A DNA stretch of 64,000 nt from Octopus vulgaris (Eukaryota). Made by a program: the position numbers and the translations under genes. Position 1 is the first letter of the stretch; every line of letters begins with the position of its first letter. The stretch is taken from assembly GCA_951406725.2 (NCBI GenBank), contig OX597815.1, positions 166,160,001 to 166,224,000 on the forward strand, in the 5' to 3' direction. Shown one piece after another: positions 45,920 through 59,722 of this stretch. A model generated the notes under the pieces. The model was not told the DNA's origin. It saw nothing but the letters and a program-made list of their open reading frames with translations, and made no database searches.

Positions 45920-46851
45920 ATCTATCTGTCTGTCTAACTGTCTGTCTGTATGTATGTATACTTCATTAGCCGCGGACGTGCATTTAGGTTTAAAGTTCCA
46001 TCAAGTTATCTGCAGAGAAGACCTTTTCTGCTACGATGCTTATTAAATGTGCAAATACATACATACACGTATGATGTATGTAAGTGTATACAAACAGACA
46101 CACACATTTATATATTAATAACATTACATACGCCCACAAACACACACACACACACACAGATATATACATACACACATATATGTATGTATGTGTATGTATT
46201 TGAACTTGTTCAGTACAGCGTTTTTTCCTGCACATTTTTGTGCATGTGTCTGTAGAAGGAGAGCTGTCGTGCGTCTGCAGGAATGTCATCTATCCACTTA
46301 ACATTGTTGATTGGTATGTTGGTTTGTTTGTTTGCTGGTTGGTTGGTTGGTTTGTACAGCTCTGGAGATTTTCATTTGCATAGACTGTAACAATAGAATG
46401 GTGCCATTTAGTAATATAATGTTCATCACCACTTCAATATGACTGTTCTATAAGAACCGACGTTACTACCATTTTGACCCCAGGAGGATGCTTCATCCAG
46501 CAGGTTATTCCATGCAATCTGCACCCGATATATAATGCAAGTAGAGGAGTGAACCCCTACCATTTTCCAATCACAGCCATGTGTTAGAAATTTTCTAACT
46601 AGCTAATTTAGTGATATACATATATGAAGGAAAAGTCATTGAAACCTATTGGAACCCTGTTTAGGGGTTGCCTTTATTGCTGGGTACCAAACTGTATAAC
46701 CGCTGCGGCTAAAACACTGTTGGAAAAGAAATTTCATTATTAGCAGTGTGGTTTTATCTTTTATCTGTTACTTATTTCAATCATTGGATTGCAACGATCT
46801 TGGTGTACTTGTCTTGAAGGATTTTAGCAGAAAGATTTAAGCCTTGTACAT

Positions 46852-46913
<62 letters not shown>

Positions 46914-47113
46914 GAACTCTTCTTTACACTTCATAACAAAGACATAACACGATGTTTTGAGAAATTTGAAAAGTTAACACGAAACCGGTAATTTCTTCAA
47001 AAACTATGTCACTGTATGAAAAAATTTTATAACATTCTTCTGACATAATGATTCAAATATATTTTTTAACCTTTTAAAACAAGACTTCTGTAGTTTTTTC
47101 ACTTTTTACTATT

Positions 47114-47147
<34 letters not shown>

Positions 47148-47179
47148 TTTGTTGAAGAGAGAAAAGAATATATATATAT

Positions 47180-47450
47180 TTTCATTGTATCTGAGGAGAG
47201 TCATTCTCTTCTAGAGCCTTATTTTTTTAACACACTCACCGGTTTGATTTCCACTCATATATTTTTTTCTATAGTCAAAAATAAATAAATGAGTAATAAG
47301 GATAAGAGTAAATGAGTGGAACTCGAAACGGTGAGTGTGTTAAACAATAAGGTACTAAAAGAGAATGACTCTCCCTAGACACAATAGAATACATTTGAAC
47401 ACATGAATTCACATTAAAAAACCTTGCAAATACAAAAACGAAATATAAAT
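47180..47450. repeat. Inverted pair of (TA)n-associated element tails
   Basis: ATTGTATCTGAGGAGAGTCATTCTC...CCACTCAT (47186-47258) vs ATGAGTGG...GAGAATGACTCTCCCTAGACACAAT (47312-47385). Confidence 0.7.
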
Positions 47451-47769
47451 ATATATATATATACATACATAAGAAAAAATAATTTCAAAAAGAACAATTC
47501 AAACTTTTTGAGTTATCCAAAAAGAGAGGGAAAAAATGAATTCTTATAAAGATTCATCATATTCATAAAAATCAGCCAGCGCAAGTAATAAGAATATGAA
47601 AATAATAGTTGAGAATTTTCGTTATAGGTATAAATATACCATAAACAAATATTAAAAAATGGGAAAAAAGATGTTGAATCAAAATTAGATTTAATACTCA
47701 ATTGGATTCAATGCATACGCATTGAAAGACAGTACAAATGTTTAAGAAGAAAAATTATAATCATAGTAA

Positions 47770-48147
47770 TCTTTATATATAAAAGTAAGGTTGTGTGTTT
47801 GTCTACTCCGATTTAGATTCCTAACTACTCCAACATTTTGCGGTGCAGTTTAACCAAAACCGGGTATCTTATAGTCGTGATTCATATCGAGCCCTTCTGG
47901 GTATTAGCGCGCGTCTACGATGAGTCTACGATTTTAAAAATAATTTACCATAATTTTTTTCCATTTTAATGCATATTTTTTTAAAGAGAAGTAACTCTCT
48001 AAAAATGTCTACGATGAGTCAACGATTTAAAAAAAAAATTACCATCATATTTTTTCCATTTTTTTTGCTATTTTGGCTATAACTCTCTAAAAATGCTTTA
48101 TAGTTATTTCCCTTACAAACCCGAGCAACGCCGGGTGATACTGCTAG
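47770..48147 (+). mobile_element. Non-autonomous Helitron, second subfamily
   Basis: A|TC...CCCGAGCAACGCCGGGTGATACTGCTAG|T. Confidence 0.85.
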
Positions 48148-48556
48148 TTATAATTAAATCTATGCATTGTCATTCTCATCAGTGTGAGGAATTTCATTTC
48201 AACAATTAGCTAATCGATTGTTCGATCAATCGTTCGGTCAGTCAATATATCCTTTAAGTTTCCCAACGTCCTTTCGCCATACACGACCTTGTCAATGCCG
48301 TGTCCATTCTACTCCAGGTCTATTTCAGATCTATATGCAGTTCTATATGTACGTGTGCGTGAACACACGTTTGCTTGACTTAATCCATTTTCCCTTGTTC
48401 TTTTACAGGTTCAAGTCATTGGATTCTGGCTATGCTGGGGTAATACCTAGCATAGGATATTCAATAACGTATTTCATCGACAAGGCTGTGCATAAGTAAA
48501 GAATCGTTGGAGCGTCGAGCACAATATGTGAGCTATTAAGTTGCGATCCTTTATGC

Positions 48557-48814
48557 CAGTGTTTCTCCATTTGTTTTTTACCTATGTACCCCCTCGGATC
48601 CCTATTTTACTCGGGTGGACCTCCACAGTCATTCAATACTTAAAAACTCTTATTATATTTTCGTAATTAAATATTATAAGGGATTGTATTTAAAAAATAG
48701 TTAAATATTTTGTGTATTGTAGAAGTATAGTCAGTTTATTGGACATAATTTTTAACAACAAAATATTGTATGGACCCCTGCAAGGGCCTTATGAAACCCA
48801 TCTGAGGACCACTG
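48557..48814 (+). mobile_element. hAT-type MITE, with its 3' end duplicated at ~48838-48905
   Basis: 8-bp TSD CTTTATGC; CAGTGTTTCTC / GAGGACCACTG termini. Confidence 0.8.
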
Positions 48815-48989
48815 CTTTATGCTCTTAGTTTGAACTCTGTATGGACCCCTTCAAGGGTCATATGAAACTCGGTTGAGAACCACTACTTTATGTTCTTAAT
48901 TTGAAATCTTGCCAATGTCAACTTGGGCTTTCATCCTGAAGGGTCGATTAAAAATAAAGTAGCAATCAAGTACCAGAGTAGATTCAATA

Positions 48990-49535
48990 TTCTTAGGGAA
49001 CAAGGCGATGAGCTGACAGAAACGTTAGAAACGTGTGTTTATGCATATTTGAAGAAATGAATAGGAAGGGCTTTTCTGATAATTTTTGCACTTTTATAAC
49101 TAGATCTTCGTAAAATCATTAGCGGTATTTCGTCTGTTTTTACGGTCTGAATTCAAATTCCGCCGAGGTCGACTTTGCCTTTCATCGTTTCGGGAGTCGA
49201 TAAATTAAGTACCAGTTGCGTATTGGAGTCGATCTAATTGACTGGCCTTTTCCCTAAAAATTTGGACCTTGTGCTTTGTATGGAAAAGAATATTCTTAGG
49301 GAACAACGCAGTGAACTGACAGAATCATAAGCACGCCGGGCGAAATACTTAGCGGTATTTCGTCTGTTTTTGCGTTTTGAGTTCAAATTCCGCCGAGGTC
49401 GACTTTACCTTTCATCCTTTCGGGGCCGATAAATTAATTACCAGTTGCGTATTGGAGTCGATCTAATCGACTGGCCTCATCCCCCAAAATTTCGGGCCTT
49501 GTGCCAAGAATAGAAAAGAATATACTTAGGGAACA
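48990..49535 (+). mobile_element. Two tandem SINE family D copies
   Basis: Both have heads and Nin-like cores; AATATTCTTAGGGAACA occurs before, between and after them. Confidence 0.8.
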
Positions 49536-49788
49536 TTCTAGATGGAGATAAAGTAGCAATAGGTATCTAAGTTCTTGGGAACAATGAAAAATTAAATTAA
49601 CTTGGGGAGGATTTGAAGATACATAATCAGATACTTCAAGGAATTGTGGTCTGACGCTCGACCGATTGCTCCATCAACTTTCTGCGCTGCTCATGAAAAT
49701 ATGTAGATGGATCTCGGGTAGAATTTCGAACAATGAAATTATAGTTGTTTGATTAAGTGAACTAATATAGGCGCAGGAGTGGCTGTGT

Positions 49789-50130
49789 GGTAAGTAGCTT
49801 GCTAACCAACCACATGGTTGCGGGTTCAGTCCCACTGCGTGGCATCTTGGGCAAGTGTCTTCTGCTATAGCCCCGGGCCGACCAATGCCTTGTGAGTGAA
49901 TTTGGTAGACGGAAACATATATGTATATGTGTGTGTGTGTGTTTGTGTGTCTGTGTTTGTCCCCCTAGCATTGCTTGACAACCGAACCAACATAGTGGTT
50001 CGGCAAAAGAGACCGATAGAATAAGTACTGGGCTTACAAAGAATAAGTCCCGGGGTCGATTTGCTCGACTAAAGGCGGTGCTCCAGCATGGCCGCAGTCA
50101 AATGACTGAAACAAGTAAAAGAGTAAAAAG
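49789..50130 (+). mobile_element. SINE family C
   Basis: Matches 4731-5140 with internal deletions. Confidence 0.9.
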
Positions 50131-51088
50131 ATAGTAAAGAGTAATATCGCACTGAAATATTAGTAAATGGCTGGGTATTCCGCATACACAAGTCCCTTTG
50201 AAGGAGTACTCAGGGTGTAACAAGGCTGTTTCTTTGAATTATAGGCCCTATTCGTGGGACACGCTTCAGTCCATTTTCCGCTTATCTGATTTTACTCAGA
50301 CGGCACGAATCGATCCGAGGTTACATGTGAAAGGCACTAAGGTGTGGAGTTACTGGGGCGGAGTACAGTTTGCTCTGGATGTCGCTTCTCGGAGGATGGA
50401 TTTGTACAAGCCTGGAGGCGTGTATGTATGTGTGTGTGTAGGAGGGAAAAACAAACCCAAGGATTGCCCTGGACGACACACAAGCTACCTATGCCACTAC
50501 AGGCAATTAGTCGATATGTCATGCAGTCATGTCGTACATATTACCGTATGATTTTGCAAGGCAAACTTTCAGACATTTGGTTTTAAAGCGTCTGAAATAT
50601 ATATTAATACATGGATACAATTCATATATCATTTAATCTTTTACAATCAGATAGATATACGTCAGTAATTATTTATAAACGGCAAGTATACACACACACA
50701 CACACACACACTCACACAAGTGCGCGCGCACGCACACATGTGCCTGTGTATGTTTATGTATGTGTGTGCGTGTGTGTGTGTGTTTATGTATATTTGAAGA
50801 AATGGATAGGAAGGGCTTTTCTGATAATTTTTGCACTTTTATAACTAGATCTTCATAAAATTTTTAGGTATTATTTACATTAGATATATACATATATGTG
50901 TACATATATGCGTGTGCATGTATATATGCGTATATAAATATATGTATATACCCTTACATGCGTACATACATGCATATATGTATGTACATAAATCTATACA
51001 TACACGCATACGTAGATACATACACATATACATAACACTGGACTTGCTTCGGACTTATTAGACTTTCTTAAAGAAGAATAGTCTAAAC

Positions 51089-51636
51089 CAGGGGTTCTCA
51101 ACCATTTTTTTTTCATCTATGAACCCCTTTGATTACTATTTCATTTTGGTGCCCCCCTCCATAGCCGTTCGGTGTTTAAAAACTAGTTTTATAGAAACTT
51201 TTTTCAAAATTCCTATTTTGCTTTTCACACGTTAACCCGTGCAGGTTTGAACTATACAAATCGTCAGAGAAAGAAGCCTAGCTGTTTCTTGCAATACATA
51301 TCAATATATATATATATCTAAAGCAACATTTTTTCAAGGTCCCTTTAAATATTATTGCGGATCTCCAATTTAATATTTTGTTGTGTGGACCTCAAAGTAT
51401 CTTATAAGGATCCTCAGGGGCCATATGTAAAATGTTAGAGAAAGAAACCCAGCTGTTTCTTGCAATAATATACTAATACATACATCTCAAGCAAAAAATT
51501 TTTAGGGTCTCTTAAAACATTATTGTGGATCCCTAATTTACTGTTTTGTTGTGTGACCTCTCCCCACTCACACACACACACAAAGAATTTTATACGGACC
51601 CTTAGGGGCCATATGGATCCTAGTTTGGGACCATTG
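51089..51636 (+). mobile_element. hAT-type MITE
   Basis: 8-bp TSD GTCTAAAC; CAGGGGTTCTCAAC / TTTGGGACCATTG termini; internal duplication. Confidence 0.85.
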
Positions 51637-52660
51637 GTCTAAACGTTATGTCAGCGATAGAAATTTTACAAGGCAGATGATGATTGTTTTGGGGATATCT
51701 GGAGGAGAAGCTCTAAAAATTTCAGGGATTTGTGTTTTTTTTCTTTCTTTTCTTTTAAAAGAGGAGGCCGTCGAATATCCATGGATACCTCCTTGGCAGA
51801 GCTGTCTTCATAGCAATATAGACCGCTGGGGAAAGCAAAACACAACGATAGCATACATAGATGAGTTACAGGGATTTTAGACCCGTGCGAACCCCTCTTC
51901 CGCAAAGCCGTCTTCACCACATTAAAGAGTGCAGCACTAGAACCCCTAGATACACAACCACAGAGCCCCTAGATACACAACCACAATAAATACTAAGATT
52001 AGCTTTGGGGTTACTCGGTACTTGCATCCGCCGGGTAACCACCTAGTGTGCCTATGCGTTAAGATGATGTTGCTTCTCGGCACTCCGGGCCATGGGGCGA
52101 TGTACCGATTGAACCTTCCCCACCTTTTTTTATAATCCCTTGTTACTGCTGATCTTAGATAACTACAGAAGCATTTAGTAATTTAGTGAATGAACACAGA
52201 GCCGCGTTATAATTTTGAAAGGATGACGCGGTAAATATACCCAGGGAAGCCTTTTTGCACTGTTCTATATATTCTCTAGTCATACTCAGCCACTTACACA
52301 CATGGATATAGGTACACAAAAACAACATACATGCACTCACACTCATACACGCACACATACGCACATTCCGTATCACAAGAATCTCTCATTACTAGTCGCC
52401 ACCCACGCATACTTAAGCTACAATTCTCATCAAGTTGCTATTCCTGTGTGCTTTCAGGTCATGCATTATACACTAATAAGTGTAGAACACAGCCATGCAT
52501 ACAAAATACACATCCATCCACATACATACATACGCACAACATACACAAACACACATATACATAACGCGTGCACGTATATACACATACATTACACACACAC
52601 ACACACACACACACACGTGCACACGCCCATACACCTACACAAGACTGATACATATATACT

Positions 52661-52753
<93 letters not shown>

Positions 52754-52782
52754 GTATGTATATATATATATGTATATATATG

Positions 52783-52816
<34 letters not shown>

Positions 52817-52865
52817 AGTACATATAAGTATATATAAGAATATATAAGTATATATAAGTATATAC

Positions 52866-52909
<44 letters not shown>

Positions 52910-53327
52910 ACACACTCAAACTCATCATCTCTCAACTTCAGAAACTTTCTAGCTCATTCATTCCGCCATTCTCTCTGTGTTTGTCAGTCTGTCTCTCTCT
53001 CTCAAACAAACGCATACACACACATACATTAAAATGCACACACTCACACACATACACACACACACACGTATGATCCTTCCTTTCTGTTTCTATGACTCAT
53101 ACAGTTTTTTTTTTCTCTGTTTTTAGTTCTTTATAATTTCTGTCGTCTCTCAGTCCTTCACTACCGCCCATTTTTATCAGCCATTTCTTTATCAATATCT
53201 TTTTCTCTGTCTCATTCTTCCAAGTATATATCCTTATATAAATACATAAATACATATATATATATATATATATATATATTGTGAGAGATAGAAAGAGAGA
53301 GAGATACATACATAAATACATGCATAA

Positions 53328-53406
<79 letters not shown>

Positions 53407-53545
53407 ACGGAGATGTACTCGCATAGCAAGTAATTTGATCTGAGATCGTGTGCTGAAACGAAAACAATTGCAGCGTGGAAGGTGTTTATAAGCCATTTAA
53501 GAAACACACAAAAGCCGTTCGATTCACTTCAACATTTAAGTTTAA

Positions 53546-53595
53546 TTTGTCAAAATATTTTTGTCGCTAAAATCCGCGACCTGTTCACTGACAAA
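53546..53595 (-). ncRNA. Minimal hammerhead variant with a G3-C8 core, in a (TA)n-flanked element 53403-53610
   Basis: TTTGTCA-GTGAACA-G-GTCGC(GGATTTTA)GCGAC-AAAA-ATAT-TT-TGACAAA; G12 is A in this copy. Confidence 0.65.
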
Positions 53596-53681
53596 GTCCG
53601 TGCTGCATCCATATATATGATATATATATGTATATATGTATGTATATATATATGATAGATATTTATATGTATGTATATGAT

Positions 53682-53754
53682 GGCCGCATGGCCTAGTGGA
53701 TAAGGCGTCTGACTTCGAATCAGAAGATTGCGAGTTCGAGTCTCGTTGTGGTCG
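53682..53754 (+). tRNA. tRNA-Arg-TCG: tRNA-Arg (anticodon TCG)
   Basis: 73-nt cloverleaf: acceptor GGCCGCA/TGTGGTC, anticodon arm TCTGA-CTTCGAA-TCAGA, T arm GCGAG-TTCGAGT-CTCGT, discriminator G; T5 Pol III terminator at 53766-53770. Confidence 0.92.
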
Positions 53755-54041
53755 CAGATAATATATTTTTATCAGGTGGTGATATTAAGTTAGACATGGC
53801 CTGGACCAATCTTTGGTCGAAACATATCTAAGTTAACTAAGTTATATGTATACATATATGATATATATATATATATTATATACGATATATATATGTAAAT
53901 ATATATATATGTATATACATATACGATACATATAAAAATTCAGGGTGAATACAAGATAGTTGTAAGCACCTGTATATACCATTTAGTGGTGTAGGTGATA
54001 GAGTATATTAATCAAAATAAAAACATGATTCAAAGTATTTA

Positions 54042-54129
54042 GCGGTACATATGTTTCGGGCCTTTATTAGACGGTTTTATAACAATGCATAATTGATGTA
54101 AATGTGTGTCAATGGCCTTCTTCAGCCGC
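54042..54129 (-). ncRNA. Type I hammerhead ribozyme, intact core
   Basis: GCGG-CTGAAGA-A-GGCC...GGCC-C-GAAA-CATATG-TA-CCGC; palindromic stem III, GUA site. Confidence 0.82.
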
Positions 54130-54404
54130 GTACAATTACTACTTCAAGGACATATATTACATTATAAGCTTTACGTTGGGGATGCAAATCCTCATAGTCG
54201 CATACGACAGAGTGGTAAGATTCAACCCCCCAACCCCTTCCCTCTCTAGCTCAACATCCAAACTTCCTCATTCTACATCGAGTCAAAAGCGCGATGGACG
54301 CTTCGATTTCGTGTTGGTGCCCCACTCTGTCGTAAATTAAATTTTCTACAGTAAAGGAATACATAATGACCATTATCTATACCTTGCCTTATATATATAC
54401 ACAT

Positions 54405-54819
54405 ACTCTTTTACTCTTTTACTTGTTTCAGTCATTTGACTGCGGCCATGCTGGAGCACCGCCTTTAGTCGAGCAAATCGACCCCAGGACTTATTCTTTG
54501 TGAGCCTAGTACTTATTCTATCAGTCTCTTTTGCCGAACCACTAAGTTACGGGGACGTAAACACACCAGCATCGGTTGTCAAGCGATGTTGGAGGGGGGG
54601 GGGGAAACACAGACACACAAACACACATATATATATACATATACATATATACGACGGGCTTCTTTCAGTTTCCGTCTACCAAATCTACTCACAAGGCTTT
54701 GGTCGTCCCGAGGCTATAGTAGAAAACACTTGCACAAGGTGCCACTCAATAATAGGACTGAACCCGGAATCATGTGGTTAGTAAGCAAGCTATTTACCAC
54801 ACGGCCACTCCTGCGCCTA
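54405..54819 (-). mobile_element. Full-length SINE family C
   Basis: Reverse complement of 4731-5140. Confidence 0.9.
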
Positions 54820-55648
54820 TATATACATATACATATATATATATTTGAAAAGATGACCGAAAGCGCTTGCACACACTAGAAAGAAACTTCTTCCACAAAG
54901 GTTAGTGACGTTCTGATAAAGAATTTATAATTTGAGTGCTCAGGCGCGTATGTGTATGCAATAATGTAATATAGACACTATGTGTAATGTTTTACCAAAA
55001 AGGAAAACTGTAATTGTCACTAAATATGACTAGGGTGTTAGAAATACCTACATTGCTAGAAATAGGAGCTAAGAAGCTCTAATGCTTAAGTTAAAGCACA
55101 TAATTGTATACATATTTACTGAGAGGGACCGTAATCACCCGAAAGCACTGGTCGAGTAATATATATGTATATAAACACACACACACACACACACACATGA
55201 TTTTAAGAGCACAGTATGCGTCTACAGCAAAGAGTACAAGAATCCATCACACCAGAATGGAATATCTGGACAACAGGAAACAGATGCAACATTCAGGATT
55301 TCGTTCCGGTGAGTGGAAGGAGGAACGTAACCAGGGCTAATTTCATACTCACGAGTTCGTACATGCATCTGTACCCTCGGCTACATGCAGAGTAGTTCAG
55401 TGGATCAGATTGCATCAAGAAGGGTGAGTGGCAACAGTATGAATATGTGTGCAGGATTCCACTGAGAACACCTAAGGGCGACTCTGACAGTTGACTTACG
55501 CAATGATAGCAATTGTTAGCTGTGCGTCTGCCAGTTTCAGCCTCACGGAAGTAAGGCAAAGCAAAAAGCGCTACAACAAAAATCGTAGGGTTACCAAAGT
55601 GCAACTTCAGCAGCAAGAGTTGAAGACTGTTAAAGCAGTACAAGGAAC

Positions 55649-55726
<78 letters not shown>

Positions 55727-55760
55727 TATACAAGCTACTTACCACACATCCACTCCTACG

Positions 55761-55805
<45 letters not shown>

Positions 55806-55807
<2 letters not shown>

Positions 55808-56190
55808 GAGGCGCAATGGCCCAGTGGTTAGGGCAGCGGACTCGCGGTCGTAGGATCGCGGTTTTGATTCCCAGACCGGGCGTTGTGAGTGTTTATTGAG
55901 CGAAAACACCTAAAGCTCCATGAGGCTCCGGCAGGGGATGGTGGTGATCCCTGCTGTACTCTTTCACCACAACTTTCTCTCACTCTTACTTCCTGTTTCT
56001 GTTGTACCTGTATTTCAAAGGGCCGGCCTTGTCACTCTCTGTGTCACGCTGAATATCCACGAGAACTACGTTAAGGGAACACGTGTCTGTGGAGTGCTCA
56101 GCCACTTACACGTTAATTTCACGGGCAGGCTGTTCCGTTGATCGGATCAACCGGAACCCTCGTCGTCGTAACCGACGGAGTGCTTCCATC
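55806..56190 (+). mobile_element. Full-length SINE family A
   Basis: tRNA-like head with A/B boxes; body ends GTAACCGACGGAGTGCTTCCATC; sits in (TA)n. Confidence 0.88.
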
Positions 56191-56232
56191 CATATATATA
56201 TATATACATATATATATACATACATACATACA

Positions 56233-56266
<34 letters not shown>

Positions 56267-56888
56267 CCTGTTTATATAATTATAGTACAACCAATAATCT
56301 TATATTTTTTGATTTACATGTTAATCAATTAATTATCTTATTAATTTACATACAAATGCCAATTGAACACATAAGCGACGGGCTTCTTCAGTTTCCATTA
56401 ACCAAATCTACTCACGAAGCGTTGGTCGGCCTGAGGCTACAGAAGAAGACACTTACCTGAGGTGTCACGCAGTGGGACTGAACCCGGAACCATGTCATCA
56501 GGAAGCAAACTTCTTACCACACAGCCATGCCCGCGCATATATGTACATACATACATACATACATACATACATACATACATACATACACGGGACATCTCGT
56601 TGATTGTACGCAAGCCACCTGTTGCTTTGAGGAAATCTCATAATAGTCGGTATTTTGATAATCGGTGGGAATCACTAGGGTACAGGTAACTCTTTTCTAA
56701 TATTCAAGGCGGCTTTCAGTCTTCCATGTCAGTTAACGTTTTCTCAACAAGAAGTTAAATCTTTATACTCTCCAGCGCCGTTGACTATTCCCCAATACAT
56801 GAAGCTGTTCCTGAAAAAAAAGAGTCATAGAAAATCGTCGAACATATCTCGAATACCTTGCATATATTTATATACGCCGACACACGTG

Positions 56889-56927
<39 letters not shown>

Positions 56928-57065
56928 AACACACATATAACACACACCGACACACACACAGATGTACAATGCACACACACAACACACACTTCCATCCATC
57001 CATCCATCCATACATACATCCATACATTCATACATACATACGCACCTACATGCGTACCCACATTT

Positions 57066-57479
57066 AAGGCGGCGAGCTAGCAGAAACGTTAGCACGCCGG
57101 GCGAAAGGATTAGCGGTAATTCGTCTGCCGCTATGTTCTGAGTTCAAATTCCGTCGAGGTCGACTTTGCCTTTCATCCTTTCGGGGTCGATAAATTAAGT
57201 ATCAGGTACGCACTGAAGTCGATGTAATTGACTTACCTTTGTCTGTCCTTGTTTGTCCTCTCTGTGTTTAGCTCCTTGTGGGCAGTAAAGAAATAGGTAT
57301 TTCGTCTGCCGCTACGCCCTGACTTCAAATTCCGCCGAGGTCGACTTTGCCTTTCATCCTTTCGGAGTCGATAAATTAAGTACCAGTTACGCACTGGGGA
57401 CGATATAATCGACTTAATCCGTTTGTCTGTCCTTGTTTGTCACCTCTATGTGTAGCCCCTTGTGGGCAGTAAAGAAATA
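57066..57479 (+). mobile_element. SINE family D dimer
   Basis: Full unit followed by a headless unit at AAAGAAATAG|GTATTTCGTC. Confidence 0.88.
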
Positions 57480-58126
57480 TTACGTACCTACATGCTCACT
57501 ACACACATACGCACGCACATACACACACACACACATATGTATACATGCATATACATGTCTGCGTATTTGTGGGTGAGTGTGTGTATGTGCGTGTGCATGT
57601 GTGTGTGAGAGAGAATGTATGTGTATATGTGTGTGCGAGTTTGTGTGTGTGCGTGTGTGCGCGCGCGCGCGCGCGCGCGTGTGTGTGTTTGTGTGTGTGT
57701 GTGTGTGTGTAAATATGATGGGCTTCCCTACACTTTCTGTGGACTAAAACCACACTCAAAGCATTGATCATACAGAGGCTATCATAAAAACTCCTGTGAG
57801 CATGGACTGAGACTTGGTCATGAGAGTTGCTGCGAAATGAACTTAAATCACACAACTCTGCTGGTGCGTATACGTGTGGATATCTGTGTATGTATGTATG
57901 TGTATATGTATGTATGTATGCTTTTATTCTTTTGTTTCAGTCATTTGACTGTGGCCACGCTGGAGCACCACCTTTAGTCGAGCAAATCGACCCCAAGACT
58001 TATTCTTTGTCAGCCTAGTACTTATTCTATCGGGGAATATTGCCGAACCGCTAAGTTACGGGGGCGTAAACACACCAACATCGGTGGTGGTGGCGACAAA
58101 AACAGACGCACAAGCACACACATAAT

Positions 58127-58177
<51 letters not shown>

Positions 58178-58333
58178 AGCTTCATTCAGTTTACGTCAAC
58201 CAAATCCACTCACAAGGCTTAGGTCGCTACGAGGCTATAATAGAAGAACACTTGGCAAAGGTCCCACGCGGTGGGACTGAACCCAGAACCATGTGGCTGG
58301 AAAGTAAGTTACTTACCACACAGCCACTCCTGC

Positions 58334-58370
<37 letters not shown>

Positions 58371-58927
58371 GCCGTGTGTGGGGTCCTTACACACTCCATC
58401 AGATGCAAACATACACACATGCACACACACGAACACACACGCACACGCACGAACACACGCACACTCGTACACGCACACTCGCACGCAAGCCTGCGTGTAC
58501 TCACTTGCTCACACAGGTGCATGGAGAATTTCATATCCCTTCCTGATACCAGCACTCCTTCATATACGCACATGCCCAAACATATAAATACACACACATA
58601 CAAACATACACACGTATATGCAAATATGTATATGAATGTATGGTTGTGTGTGTGTGTGAGTACAGACGTGTAAAAGAAGCAGATGTGTAAAACTCCCACG
58701 CACGCACAAATATACCCCATCACATATACAAGATACTCACGTGGCTGCCATTGATTTGCGTTCGGAAAGAGTATTAGTTTCTTGATATAATTTGCTTCTT
58801 CTTCTCCGTGTTGTGAGAGTACGGATATTCTGATCCGTATTCATAGAGCGAATGGACATCTTGATCGACTGAGGAATCATTCATTGTCTTTGAGCACTTA
58901 CGTATGTCTGTAACAGATCGCCTATAT

Positions 58928-59236
58928 CAACGGTTCTCAACCGGGGTCCATATGGTTTCTAAGGTTCCATATAAATTTTTTGGGGATCCACAATAGTATT
59001 TTAAGTCACCGAAAAAATTTTGCTTCAGATGTATATACTGCAAGAAACAGCTATATTCCTTTCCCTAACCTTTTACATAGTTCAACCTATACAAGTTAAT
59101 GTGTGAGAAACAAAACGGAAGTTTTGATAGCAGTATCTGTAAAACTAGTTTTTAAACATCGAATGGCTATGGAGGTCCTCCTGAATAAAATAGCAATCAA
59201 AGGGGTCTATAGATAAAAATTGGTTGAGAACCCCTG
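58928..59236 (-). mobile_element. hAT-type MITE (same family as 51089-51636)
   Basis: CAACGGTTCTCAAC / GTTGAGAACCCCTG termini; TSD GCCTATAT/GCCTATTT. Confidence 0.8.
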
Positions 59237-59590
59237 GCCTATTTCATATATCTGTATATCGCAGTCAACTTTGCCTTTCATTCCTTCGTGGCTGTACCAA
59301 TCTAAGCGGATTAGCGCAACTGTAAGAACGTGAGACTGGATGCCTTGCGGAATATATGACGGTTCCTTTACATTCTGAGTTCAAATTATGCCTTGTGTGC
59401 TGCGGTGGTAGAGTGAATAGGTCGTCAGGTTTAACAAAACTACCTGGCCTCTTGGGTACATTTAGCAGAGTTTACTCAGTAGCAAGCACTTAGTTCAGGT
59501 CTCCAGATTGGGAATACCTCCCTCCCTCCTTCTTGCCATTCTCAGAAATCTAGTAAGTGGTCCTGGACACTGACTTCCCTCTTGATTAAT

Positions 59591-59629
<39 letters not shown>

Positions 59630-59722
59630 ACACCTTAACGCCTAATATGAGGGGAGAGACATTAGATAATGTAATCCTACATAACCATAAAATGACGGAA
59701 GTGTCGCCGTTGCGTTCCATTA

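Noticed and set aside
47186-47385. CTGAGGA and CGAAACGGT motifs as a hammerhead
   Set aside because: They lie in opposite arms of an inverted repeat and are not conserved between arms.
50160-50550. Possible LINE C-terminal relic (VQFA..KPG); similar unexplained stretches at 51740-52120 and 55260-55650
   Set aside because: Resemblance limited to a few residues; needs a translated repeat-library search.
55806-55880. SINE heads as tRNA genes (also 3407, 4731, 60562)
   Set aside because: They have A/B boxes but no closing acceptor stem and continue into repeat bodies.
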